A DNA stretch of 58,929 nucleotides from a bacterium. GTDB taxonomy: Bacteria; UBA6262; WVXT01. Shown in pieces: positions 1-8,179 of this stretch. The notes beneath the pieces are model-generated. The model ran no database searches, was not told the origin of the DNA, and was given only the letters and a program-made list of their open reading frames with translations. Location: the NCBI GenBank assembly GCA_046759165.1, contig JBHIBS010000004.1, positions 1 to 58,929 on the forward strand, given 5' to 3'. Numbering within the stretch: the stretch's first letter is position 1; every line of letters starts with the position of its first letter. Both the position numbers and the translations under genes were made by a program.

Positions 1-81
1 GTATTTTCAGTTTATTGATTTTCCGACGAGAAAATAGTTTTGTGACAGGCACAATAGACTATTTTTAAGGAGGGAAAATAG

Positions 82-240
82 ATGGCTATTGTTAGTTTAA
101 CCCTGAATGATAAAGAGAAGATGTGGCTTGAGCAAATTATCTTAGATGAAGATAAACACGAGGCTCTCAGATTCTTGAAGGAATGTATCTACGATAAAGT
201 TAAAGCCCAAGATCAAAGTCATTGTAAGCCGCCGTTTTGA
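82..240 (+). CDS. small hypothetical protein (52 aa, MAIVSLTLNDKEKMWLEQIILDEDKHEALRFLKECIYDKVKAQDQSHCKPPF)
   Basis: ATG at 82 preceded by strong SD AAGGAGGG; open frame to TGA 238-240; directly upstream of the permease. Below the ORF-track cutoff, translated by hand. Confidence 0.7.
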   Translation: MAIVSLTLNDKEKMWLEQIILDEDKHEALRFLKECIYDKVKAQDQSHCKPPF

Positions 241-269
241 TTTAGAATTTTAAAAAGGAGAAAACTTAA

Positions 270-1571
270 ATGGCAGCAGCTACAAATAGGAAAAAACAGA
301 TATTCTTTTTAGTAGTAGTAATTGCGCTTTATGCTTTGGCTGTTTCCTATGTGGCAGTTAATGATTTATCTTGGACGGGGATGTTTAAGGCAGGATTACT
401 TCAGCCTAAAGGTATAACTGGGCTTGAGACAAGGGTGAAAGAGATAGACAACCCCCCATTATGGAATATCCCTCTTGTTATCTGGTATATTATTTTGAAG
501 GGTGCAGCCCTTCTGGTAGAACTTTTGCCTTATTGGCTTATAGGTATGCTTATCGCTGGAGGCTTAGTAGTATTTGTTTCCTGGGAGACGGTAAGAAAGA
601 AAATGGGCTATGGTGGTTTTAAGGCAAATCTTATGGCTACCGGTGCCGGTAGCATAATCCCTATCTGTTCCTGTGGGATAGTTCCGGTTTTAGTGGGCAT
701 GCTTGAGGCGGGAGTGCCTTTAGGCCCAAGCCTTGCCTTTTTGATCGCTGCTCCAATGCTTAATATTCCCACTGTATTTCTGACCGCGGGGTTATTAGGT
801 AGGAAACTTGCCCTGGCGCGTATCATCGGTGTATTTGCTATTGCTATGATTGTGGGCACAATAGTTGCCTGGTGGCAGAAAAGAGGCGGATTGAAGCACC
901 TGATAAAGATATACATTAAGCCCAATCTTTCACCTGAGGTGCAGAAATTTTCTTATCAGATAGGTATAAAATTAGCTGCTAAGCCAGAAGGAATTACCTT
1001 AGAAGAAGTAGGGACAGAAAACTTAAATAAACTAAAGGAATTAGAAGAGGCGGGTCTTATAGAGCAATCTAAAGAAGGCAAATGGAAGCTTGTTAATCGG
1101 GATATGTCAGCGCACCAGAATGCCTGTTTTGTTTTGCCTACGGGAGATGAAAAATTATCTCTTAGAGAAAAAGTCAAAAAGACATTTAGTGTCTCTTGGG
1201 ATTTATTCCTGCAGTTAAACTACTATCTAATTATGGCTGTGTTGATTGCCGGTGCAATTAGAGTTTTAGTTCCGACAAGTTTAATTGTCAATTTTGTGGG
1301 AGGAAAGGCACTTAATTCAGTGCTTATTGCCTCATTTATTGCTGTCTTGGCCTATGTTTGCACTTATGTTGAAGTTCCCACAGCAATGGCTCTAATCGCT
1401 AAAGGAATGGGACCAGGGGCAACCCTGGCTTATCTGTTAGGGGGGCCGGGATTAAGCCTTCCCTCGATAATGATGCTCTCAGCTGCGTTTCGCAAGAAGC
1501 TCTTAGCTTTATACGTGGGTTTAAGTTTCATTGGCTGTGTGGTTGCCGGGTATCTATTTAATTTATTTTAA
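270..1571 (+). CDS. ArsP/DUF318-family permease (putative organoarsenical efflux)
   Basis: Multiple TM segments; family motifs PICSCGIVP, AFLIAAPMLN, YVCTYVEVP, GPGLSLP; adjacent to arsM. Confidence 0.85.
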   Translation: MAAATNRKKQIFFLVVVIALYALAVSYVAVNDLSWTGMFKAGLLQPKGITGLETRVKEIDNPPLWNIPLVIWYIILKGAALLVELLPYWLIGMLIAGGLVVFVSWETVRKKMGYGGFKANLMATGAGSIIPICSCGIVPVLVGMLEAGVPLGPSLAFLIAAPMLNIPTVFLTAGLLGRKLALARIIGVFAIAMIVGTIVAWWQKRGGLKHLIKIYIKPNLSPEVQKFSYQIGIKLAAKPEGITLEEVGTENLNKLKELEEAGLIEQSKEGKWKLVNRDMSAHQNACFVLPTGDEKLSLREKVKKTFSVSWDLFLQLNYYLIMAVLIAGAIRVLVPTSLIVNFVGGKALNSVLIASFIAVLAYVCTYVEVPTAMALIAKGMGPGATLAYLLGGPGLSLPSIMMLSAAFRKKLLALYVGLSFIGCVVAGYLFNLF

Positions 1572-1593
1572 AATTTAAACTAGGTATACTCTA

Positions 1594-2313
1594 ATGAAAA
1601 GAACTGAGATTAAAAATGAGGTAAAGAAAAGATATGGGCAATTTGCAGAGCAAGGGTCTTCTTGCTGTCCTAATTACAGTTGTTGCGATATCGGCTATAG
1701 CATTGATGAAGTTAAAGATTTGCCCTCTGATATATCGGAGTTTTCGCTGGGCTGCGGCAATCCTGTTGCTCTGGCGGATATCAGAGAAGGTGAAATTGTT
1801 CTTGATATTGGTTCAGGGGGAGGATTAGATGTATTTCTTGCTTCCAAAAAGGTTGGTCCTAAAGGCAAAGTTATAGGCTTAGATATGACCGAGCAAATGG
1901 TTGAAAAAGCCAAACAGAATGCTAAAAAGGGGAATTATAACAATGTTGAATTTAAGTTAGGAGAAGCAGAAGATATTCCAGTAAAGGATAATTCAGTAGA
2001 TTTAGTTATGAGTAATTGTGTTATTAACCTTGTCCCAGATAAAGAAAAGGCATATCAAGAAATATATAGAATCTTAAGGCCGAACGGAAAATTTGTCATT
2101 TCTGACCTGGTGACTGAGAAAGAGTTGGATGAGTCTATAAGAAACAATTCAGAGAAATTAGTTGCTTGCGTTGGTGGAGCGCTTACTGAAAAGGGTTATA
2201 TTGGGGCAATTAAAAGATCCGGTTTTAAAAACGTAAACATTCTTAAAAAAAGTACTATGGTAGTAAGCGGGGTTAAGGTATTGAGTGAAACCATAAGAGG
2301 CGAAAAGGGGTGA
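1594..2313 (+). CDS. arsM: arsenite S-adenosylmethionine methyltransferase
   Basis: [18 protein letters not shown] (SAM motif), SNCVINL, CVGGAL; Cys-rich N-terminus. Confidence 0.9.
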   Translation: MKRTEIKNEVKKRYGQFAEQGSSCCPNYSCCDIGYSIDEVKDLPSDISEFSLGCGNPVALADIREGEIVLDIGSGGGLDVFLASKKVGPKGKVIGLDMTEQMVEKAKQNAKKGNYNNVEFKLGEAEDIPVKDNSVDLVMSNCVINLVPDKEKAYQEIYRILRPNGKFVISDLVTEKELDESIRNNSEKLVACVGGALTEKGYIGAIKRSGFKNVNILKKSTMVVSGVKVLSETIRGEKG

Positions 2314-2319
2314 TTAGTT

Positions 2320-2640
2320 ATGTTAGGTCAAAAAACAGTAAAAATCTTTACCATGGAGCAACAGTTTCCCTGTGGGCCGCAATCGAGCTGCTGTGGGCCA
2401 ATAGGGCAAAGTGAAGAAGAGATAATGTCTTTAAAAAATGCTATAGAAAAAATCGGAATTGACGTGGAAATTTGCGATATCCGGAAAATGAAGAATCTAC
2501 AGGAAAATCCACAAGTGTTTAAACTATTTCGCACATTCGGCCCGCAGGCAATTCCAGTAATAACCGTGGGCGATGAAGTTGCCTGTATGGGGCAGTCTGA
2601 AACTAATGAAATTATATCAGCCATAAAAGGCAAGTTATAA
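2320..2640 (+). CDS. ArsD-like arsenic metallochaperone (thioredoxin-like fold)
   Basis: N-terminal CGPQSSCCGP; ENPQV..LFRTFGPQAIPVITVGDEVACMG resembles the ArsD C-terminal pattern; ars context. Confidence 0.65.
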   Translation: MLGQKTVKIFTMEQQFPCGPQSSCCGPIGQSEEEIMSLKNAIEKIGIDVEICDIRKMKNLQENPQVFKLFRTFGPQAIPVITVGDEVACMGQSETNEIISAIKGKL

Positions 2641-2655
2641 AAGGGGGAAGTCATT

Positions 2656-2874
2656 ATGCCAACATATGAATACTTTTGTCAGGATTGCGAGAAAAAATTC
2701 GATATAGAAGCGACTATTCGGGAAAAGGAAAAAGGGCTAAAGGTGAGCTGTCCGGAGTGTGGCAGTAATAAAACAGTTCAACTCATAGGAAATTTCTTTA
2801 CTTTCTCTAAAAGGGGTGGAGCTGACTTTGGCGGCGGCTGTGGTCCAAACCCAACTCCCGGCTGTTGCGGATAA
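2656..2874 (+). CDS. FmdB-family zinc-ribbon protein with Cys-rich tail
   Basis: MPTYEYFCQDC...CPECGS motif; C-terminal GGGCGPNPTPGCCG. Confidence 0.85.
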   Translation: MPTYEYFCQDCEKKFDIEATIREKEKGLKVSCPECGSNKTVQLIGNFFTFSKRGGADFGGGCGPNPTPGCCG

Positions 2875-2876
2875 AG

Positions 2877-3473
2877 ATGAAAAAGAGCCAAGTTTTATTC
2901 ATATGCACAGGTAATTCTTGTAGAAGTCAGATGGCAGAGGGATTGTTAACACATCTGGCAGGGGATAAGTTTGATGTGTTTAATGCAGGTATCAACCCAA
3001 CACGGGTAAATCCATTGGCTATAAAGGTAATGGACGAGATAGGTATTGATATTTCAAAACAAAGGTCAAAATCTGTTAAAGAATTTTTAAGTCAGCAATT
3101 TGATTATGTGGTTACTGTTTGTGACTATGCCAAGCAAACCTGCCCAGTATTTCCAGGTAAATATGAGAAGATACACTGGAATTTAGAAGACCCTGCTGAA
3201 GCTCAAGGAACAGAAGATGGAAAACTTCTGATCTTTAGAAAGGTAAGAAATCAGATTAAGGAGAATATCCTGAAATTCTTAAATTTGTCTAAAGATATAG
3301 CAAAGTTGAAATGCCCTCATTGTGGCTATATTCGACAAGTAGTTATTCCTCAAAATTCCTGCCTCCATTTCTACGAATGCAAAACATGCCATAAAATGAT
3401 TAGCCCTAGCCCGGGTAGTTGCTGTGTCATTTGTGCCTACTCAGATAAAACCTGTCCTGTATTTGTTGTTTAG
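2877..3473 (+). CDS. arsC: arsenate reductase (LMW-PTP/thioredoxin type) with C-terminal GDCCVxC-like Cys-rich domain
   Basis: CTGNSCRSQMAE P-loop, VTVCD..CPVFPG, WNLEDP; tail CPHCG..C..YECKTC..GSCCVICAYSDKTCP. Start placed at ATG 2877. Confidence 0.88.
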   Translation: MKKSQVLFICTGNSCRSQMAEGLLTHLAGDKFDVFNAGINPTRVNPLAIKVMDEIGIDISKQRSKSVKEFLSQQFDYVVTVCDYAKQTCPVFPGKYEKIHWNLEDPAEAQGTEDGKLLIFRKVRNQIKENILKFLNLSKDIAKLKCPHCGYIRQVVIPQNSCLHFYECKTCHKMISPSPGSCCVICAYSDKTCPVFVV

Positions 3474-3485
3474 AGAAGGAACCTT

Positions 3486-3527
3486 GAGGCAAGCAGGCTC
3501 GTTTGGGCGCGGCTTGCCTTGTTTTTT
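3486..3527 (+). terminator. probable intrinsic terminator after the ars cluster
   Basis: Stem GAGGCAAGC...GCTTGCCTT followed by GTTTTTT. Confidence 0.65.
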
Positions 3528-3581
3528 ACTCGATTATGAGGGCTGGTTAGCGGCGTAGCTATAAACCGACCAACAAATTAC

Positions 3582-3611
3582 TTGACAAAATGACTCTATC
3601 GTTGATAAAAT
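3582..3611 (+). promoter_or_regulatory. sigma70-type promoter for the ferredoxin/AOR cluster
   Basis: TTGACA (3582-87), 18-nt spacer, TGn-TAAAAT (3606-11). Confidence 0.55.
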
Positions 3612-3644
3612 TAACCGAAATGTCGTCTGAAAAGGACCACTTCA

Positions 3645-4028
3645 ATGCCTATTGCAGACCATAAAAAATGCACAGGCTGCCGTATCTGCGAGATAATTTG
3701 CTCAGTTCAACATCATAAGGTAATGAATCCCAAATTGGCTATGGTGAAAATAAACAGCAATTGGCCCTGGGAAGACAGGGTAACAATCTGCAGGCAGTGT
3801 AAAAAGCCAAAGTGCGTTGAGGCGTGCGAGTATGAAGCTATTGAAAGGGTGGACGGCTATTTGAGAATTGACCAGGATAAATGCACTGCCTGTCTTGAGT
3901 GTGTGAAAGCCTGTCCTTTTGAGGGCGTGGTGGTCAGTGAAATAACTCAAAAACCTGTCCTCTGCGATACTTGTAATGGTGAATATCTTTGCGTCAATTG
4001 GTGTCCCCATAAAGTGCTGAGTATTTGA
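3645..4028 (+). CDS. 4Fe-4S dicluster protein (AOR-associated electron-transfer subunit)
   Basis: Four Cys clusters: CTGCRICEIIC, CRQC..PKCVEAC, CTACLECVKACP, CDTC...CVNWCP. Confidence 0.9.
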   Translation: MPIADHKKCTGCRICEIICSVQHHKVMNPKLAMVKINSNWPWEDRVTICRQCKKPKCVEACEYEAIERVDGYLRIDQDKCTACLECVKACPFEGVVVSEITQKPVLCDTCNGEYLCVNWCPHKVLSI

Positions 4029-4058
4029 GAGAGTAATAATAAAACAATTTAAGATTAT

Positions 4059-4081
4059 GCACAGATTGAATCTGTGCCTAT
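4059..4081 (-). repeat. REP-like palindrome (ATAG-GCACAGATTCAATCTGTGC on minus strand)
   Basis: Identical to 19940-19962; related to GTAG-tagged copies at 17904, 19990 and 52684. Confidence 0.75.
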
Positions 4082-4100
4082 AATGGTTTGCACACATTCT

Positions 4101-4119
4101 AAAAAATCACTCTGACCCC
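4101..4119 (-). repeat. solo copy of the RAYT terminal motif (GGGGTCAGAGTGATTTTTT)
   Basis: 19/19 identical to 50464-50482 at the 3' end of the RAYT gene. Confidence 0.8.
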
Positions 4120-4165
4120 CTTTTTCTTTTTGCTTTTTGTGTGTGTAGTAAGGAGAAGAATTTAG

Positions 4166-6007
4166 ATGGCTAAGGAGAAATTTTTTGGTTATGCTGGAAA
4201 GATTCTCACCGTGGACTTGAGTTCCTCTGACTATGTCGTTCAAGATACCCCGTTCGACCTGACGGTAGACTTCATGGGAGGCAAGGGATTTGGGGCAAAG
4301 ATTCTCTATGAGAATCTTAGGGCTGGATGTGACCCACTCTCTGAAGAGAATATCCTGATATTTGCCACAGGACCTTTAACTGGCACTCTTATACCTGCCA
4401 GTGGCAGAGCTACAGTGTGTACTAAGAGCCCGTTGACTGGAATATGGCTAGATACTCTATCGGGAGGGTTCTTTGGACCTGAGCTAAAAATGGCAGGTTA
4501 TGATGCCATAATTTTGAAAGGGAAAGCAAAGAATCCTGTTATCTTAGTTATTGACGATGAAAAAGTAACCATTGAAGATGCAAAAGACTTATGGGGCAAA
4601 GATACTTTTGAAGCTCAAGAATTGATAAGGAAGAAATATGGTGAGAGTTACCAGATTTCCCTTATTGGTCCAGCCGGGGAAAGGAAAGCGAGATTTGCCT
4701 GCATAGTTTCGGGAGACCGGGGTTTTGGACGGGGCGGTTCAGGGGCTGTTATGGGCTCAAAGAACCTGAAAGCCGTTACAGTTAGAGGAACAAAGAGTAT
4801 TTTAATATCGAATTTCGACTACTTTATGAGAATGATCAAAGAAGCATATAATGAACTCTCAGTCAATCCAGATACTAGCGCGGGCAGACCAAAGTACGGG
4901 ACTAACGTAATCTACTCCTTTATTAACGAAGCAGGGGTCCACCCGGTAAAGAATTTCCAGTCAGGTGTTTTTGAAGGCTTAAAAGAGTGTAACGAAGATG
5001 TTCTGGACAGGAAGTATTATAAGAGACATTTAGCCTGTTTCTCCTGCCCTATAAATTGCAGCAAAGCATCTCGAGTTGATGAGGGTAAGTATAAAGGCAA
5101 ATTTACGGAAGGTCCTGAATATGAAAATATGTGGAGCCTGGGTGCCCAATGTGGCAATAGCAACATAGGAGCAATAATCTATGGGGAGTATCTCTGTGAC
5201 AAGTATGGGATAGATGCTATAACGGCAGGAAATGTAATTGGGTTCACAATGGAATGCTTCGAAAAAGGAATTCTGTCAGAAAAACAGATTGGATTTAAAG
5301 CAAATTTTGGGAACGATGATGCAATAATAAAATTTATTGAAATGATGGCTAAGGGAGAGGGTATAGGAGAATTGATGAGCCAGGGTGTTCGCCAGATGGC
5401 TAAAGAGTTGGGTAAGAGCACAGAGAAATTTGCCATGCATGTTAAGGGACTGGAGATTCCTGCCTACGACCCTCGAGGAACGTTCGGCATGGGACTCGCC
5501 TATGCCACCAGCGACCGGGGCGCATGCCATTTGAGGTCGTGGACAGTGGGAGCTGAAATATTGAGCAGGGAAGAGAGGATGGATCCCTTTGCCACAGAAT
5601 TTAAAGCAGAGTTCGTAAAGAATCAACAGGACCTCTTTGCTGTAATGGATTCTGCAGTGGTCTGTCTGTTCCTAACCTTTGCCCTAACTCCTCGCCATAT
5701 AACTCAATTCCTCCAGAGCCTCACTGGAATAAAAGAGTGGAGAACTACAGAGGACATTTTGAAAATGGGAGAGAGAATATACAATCTCACAAGATTATTC
5801 TCCATGAGGGAAGGAATTTCCCGAAAAGATGACACTCTTCCCGAAAGATTGCTTAAGGAGCCTGTGAATGAGGGACCAACAAAAGGCGTTGTGGTTGACC
5901 TCGATACTATGTTAAATGAGTATTATCTGGTGAGGCACTGGGATGAAGAAGGTAGACCTATCAAGGAGAAACTTGCCGAACTCGGACTCGAGAAATACGC
6001 GGTTTAG
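4166..6007 (+). CDS. aor: aldehyde:ferredoxin oxidoreductase (AOR family, probably tungstopterin)
   Basis: GYAGKILTVDL, KSPLTG, GRGGSGAVMGSKNLKA, CFSCPINC, GPEYE, CDKYGID, DRGACH, DDTLPER. Confidence 0.93.
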   Translation: MAKEKFFGYAGKILTVDLSSSDYVVQDTPFDLTVDFMGGKGFGAKILYENLRAGCDPLSEENILIFATGPLTGTLIPASGRATVCTKSPLTGIWLDTLSGGFFGPELKMAGYDAIILKGKAKNPVILVIDDEKVTIEDAKDLWGKDTFEAQELIRKKYGESYQISLIGPAGERKARFACIVSGDRGFGRGGSGAVMGSKNLKAVTVRGTKSILISNFDYFMRMIKEAYNELSVNPDTSAGRPKYGTNVIYSFINEAGVHPVKNFQSGVFEGLKECNEDVLDRKYYKRHLACFSCPINCSKASRVDEGKYKGKFTEGPEYENMWSLGAQCGNSNIGAIIYGEYLCDKYGIDAITAGNVIGFTMECFEKGILSEKQIGFKANFGNDDAIIKFIEMMAKGEGIGELMSQGVRQMAKELGKSTEKFAMHVKGLEIPAYDPRGTFGMGLAYATSDRGACHLRSWTVGAEILSREERMDPFATEFKAEFVKNQQDLFAVMDSAVVCLFLTFALTPRHITQFLQSLTGIKEWRTTEDILKMGERIYNLTRLFSMREGISRKDDTLPERLLKEPVNEGPTKGVVVDLDTMLNEYYLVRHWDEEGRPIKEKLAELGLEKYAV

Positions 6008-6050
6008 AGAGGGTCTTTGGGGATTTTTTAACGCCAAAAGAGTGAGATAT

Positions 6051-6227
6051 GGAAAGGCTTAATTTGTTCGCTACTGGGAAATTTTTTCACGCTTGAGAAC
6101 TTCGGCCTCTTGAGGGCGCAGAATCAAACTCCCCTTCGGGTCGAACAGGATTCTGCTTGGAAGCGAGATGGTCGGCCTCGTTCTCTCGCTAAAATTTTCA
6201 ATGTTTCTCACAAATTAATCCCTTTCC
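6051..6227. mobile_element. MITE-like element, family A (diverged copy)
   Basis: Imperfect TIR GGAAAGGCTTAATTTGT...ACAAATTAATCCCTTTCC; internal AACTTCGGnCTCTnnAGGGCGC shared with the 14371 copy. Confidence 0.6.
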
Positions 6228-6240
6228 CGGGAGTGCTGGA

Positions 6241-6259
6241 GTAGCAGACTTCAGTCTGC
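6241..6259 (+). repeat. GTAG-tagged palindrome (GTAGCAGACTTCAGTCTGC)
   Basis: GTAG overlapping a GCAGACT/AGTCTGC hairpin. Confidence 0.5.
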
Positions 6260-6265
6260 GTCAAT

Positions 6266-6538
6266 ATGAAAGAAATGAAAGTCAAAATTAAAGCCAAATT
6301 TTTTGCTATGCCCAGAGATTATCAAGGCGAAAGAGAACTGGAGATGGAAGTAAGTGAGGACTTCCAGCAGGCTCTGGAAGAGATAGATTCCAGGACAAGA
6401 ATAGGAATAAAAGAGAAACTGGATAAAAGGTTTGTGATTCTTATCAATGGAATAAATTACAGGAGGGCTCTGGAAAATAAGGGTAAATTGGAAGAAGGAG
6501 ATAATTTAGCATTCGTTCCATTCTTAGGAGGGGGGTAG
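6266..6538 (+). CDS. moaD: MoaD/ThiS-family sulfur carrier
   Basis: Ubiquitin-like size, ILING motif, C-terminal PFLGGG; directly after aor. Confidence 0.85.
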   Translation: MKEMKVKIKAKFFAMPRDYQGERELEMEVSEDFQQALEEIDSRTRIGIKEKLDKRFVILINGINYRRALENKGKLEEGDNLAFVPFLGGG

Positions 6539-6544
6539 AATATA

Positions 6545-7492
6545 ATGGCAAACAAAATTTTCAGGCCAGAAGGCGTTTATGCGGCGATGCTTACGCCATT
6601 TGATGAGAAAGGAAAAGTTAACGAACCTGTCCTGAGGAACATAGTCGACTTTCTGATAGATAAAGGGATAGATGGGCTTTATCCAGTAAGCAGTGTCGGC
6701 GAGTTCGTACACTTGAGCCCTGAAGAAAATATGGAAATAATGGATATTTGTATTGACCAGGCAAAAGGAAGGGTTCCTGTGGTTCCCGGAGTGAGCGCCT
6801 CCTGCGCTGAAAAGTCGGTGATTTTGGCCAAGCATGCTGAAAAGATTGGCTGCAAGGGAGTAGTAGCATGCCCGCCTTACTATTTCGCCGTATCCCAGGA
6901 GATTGTAGAAAGACATTTTGAAATTATTGCTGACGCTGTTAATATCTCTGTTGTCCTGTATAATATCCCTTTTACTACCACCAAAATATCCTATGATGTT
7001 GTCAAGAGATTGAGCAGGCGGGAAAATGTTGTTGCCTTAAAAGACTCAAGTGGAAGTATGGTGGACATAGTCCACTTTATGGATAAGATAAGGATAATTG
7101 GTGAAGACCTCAGCCTTCTCTTGGGAAGAGAGGACATATTCTTTCCCGGCCTTATGATGGGTGCGACGGGATGTATGGTGGCTTCAGGATGCATCGTGCC
7201 GGAAATTTTGAAACGGTTACATAAATGTTTTAAACAGGCCAGATACGACGAGGCGAGAGAACTTCAGTTCTCGATACTGATTCTTCTCAGGGCAATGTGG
7301 TCACTTCCTATGCCTATCGGCTTTAAACTGACGATGGAATTGAGGGGATTTCCCATGGGTCCATTCAAGCAGCCTTTATCGGATGCGGAACAGTTTATTT
7401 ATCTGACTACAAAAAGTAGAATCGAGAAATTATTCCAGCCGATTCTGGAAAGAATTGAAAAGATGGAAAAGGAGGAGAAGGCAATCGCCTGA
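6545..7492 (+). CDS. dihydrodipicolinate synthase/N-acetylneuraminate lyase family aldolase
   Basis: AMLTPF, SSVGEF (variant of GTTGE), LYNIP, Schiff-base ALKDSSG. Confidence 0.85.
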   Translation: MANKIFRPEGVYAAMLTPFDEKGKVNEPVLRNIVDFLIDKGIDGLYPVSSVGEFVHLSPEENMEIMDICIDQAKGRVPVVPGVSASCAEKSVILAKHAEKIGCKGVVACPPYYFAVSQEIVERHFEIIADAVNISVVLYNIPFTTTKISYDVVKRLSRRENVVALKDSSGSMVDIVHFMDKIRIIGEDLSLLLGREDIFFPGLMMGATGCMVASGCIVPEILKRLHKCFKQARYDEARELQFSILILLRAMWSLPMPIGFKLTMELRGFPMGPFKQPLSDAEQFIYLTTKSRIEKLFQPILERIEKMEKEEKAIA

Positions 7493-7549
7493 AAAGAATC
7501 TGGCAATCGCACATCTTAAGTTGCACTTTTAAAAAGGGTTGAAAGGGAA

Positions 7550-8179
7550 ATGGGAGAATTCAAAAGAATCGTGGAAGCTATTCTAATTGGGGAAGTTGAA
7601 AAAACGAAAACTTTAACCCAGGATATTCTCAAGAAGGGTGCTTCCCCGCACGATGTGATTGAAAAGGGTTTGATGGAGGGGATGAATTTAGTTGGCGATA
7701 AATTCGAGAACAGGGAGTATTTTTTGCCCGACTTATTAGTGGCAGCAGAGGCAGTAAAACGGGCCACAGAGATTATAAAACCTCATCTCAAAGGGGAAAA
7801 AGGAAGAGGCACTGTGGTCATTGGTACTGTAAGTGGCGATATACATGACCTGGGGAAGAATTTAGTTGCATCTACTCTTGAGGCTTCTGGCTTTAGAGTT
7901 GTGGACGTGGGAGTGGACGTTCCTCCCGAAAGGTTCGTAAACGCTGTAAAAGAGGAAAAGGCAAACATATTAGCAATATCTGCTCTAATTACAACTACTA
8001 TGGTTGGTATGAAAGATGTTATAGAAATGTTGGTGAAAAGTGGCATCAGAAAAGAGGTTAAGGTGATGGTGGGTGGTGCTCCTCTTGATGAGGAGTTTGC
8101 TAGAAAAATTGGTGCAGATAGATATGCGAGTAGTTCTAGGGATGCAGCCAGGAAGGCAGTGGAATTGGTAGATGGCTGA
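7550..8179 (+). CDS. corrinoid (cobalamin-binding) protein of a methyltransferase system
   Basis: B12-binding cap domain (GMNLVGDKFENREYFLP), GDIHDLGKNLV, VMVGGAP. Confidence 0.92.
   Translation: MGEFKRIVEAILIGEVEKTKTLTQDILKKGASPHDVIEKGLMEGMNLVGDKFENREYFLPDLLVAAEAVKRATEIIKPHLKGEKGRGTVVIGTVSGDIHDLGKNLVASTLEASGFRVVDVGVDVPPERFVNAVKEEKANILAISALITTTMVGMKDVIEMLVKSGIRKEVKVMVGGAPLDEEFARKIGADRYASSSRDAARKAVELVDG

Noticed and set aside
1594-3473. Selenocysteine read-through in the ars genes (ArsM and GDCCVxC families include selenoproteins)
   Set aside because: All motif positions are Cys codons; no in-frame TGA interrupts a domain.
6545-7492. Calling the aldolase dapA
   Set aside because: Non-canonical SSVGE motif and no lysine-pathway neighbours.
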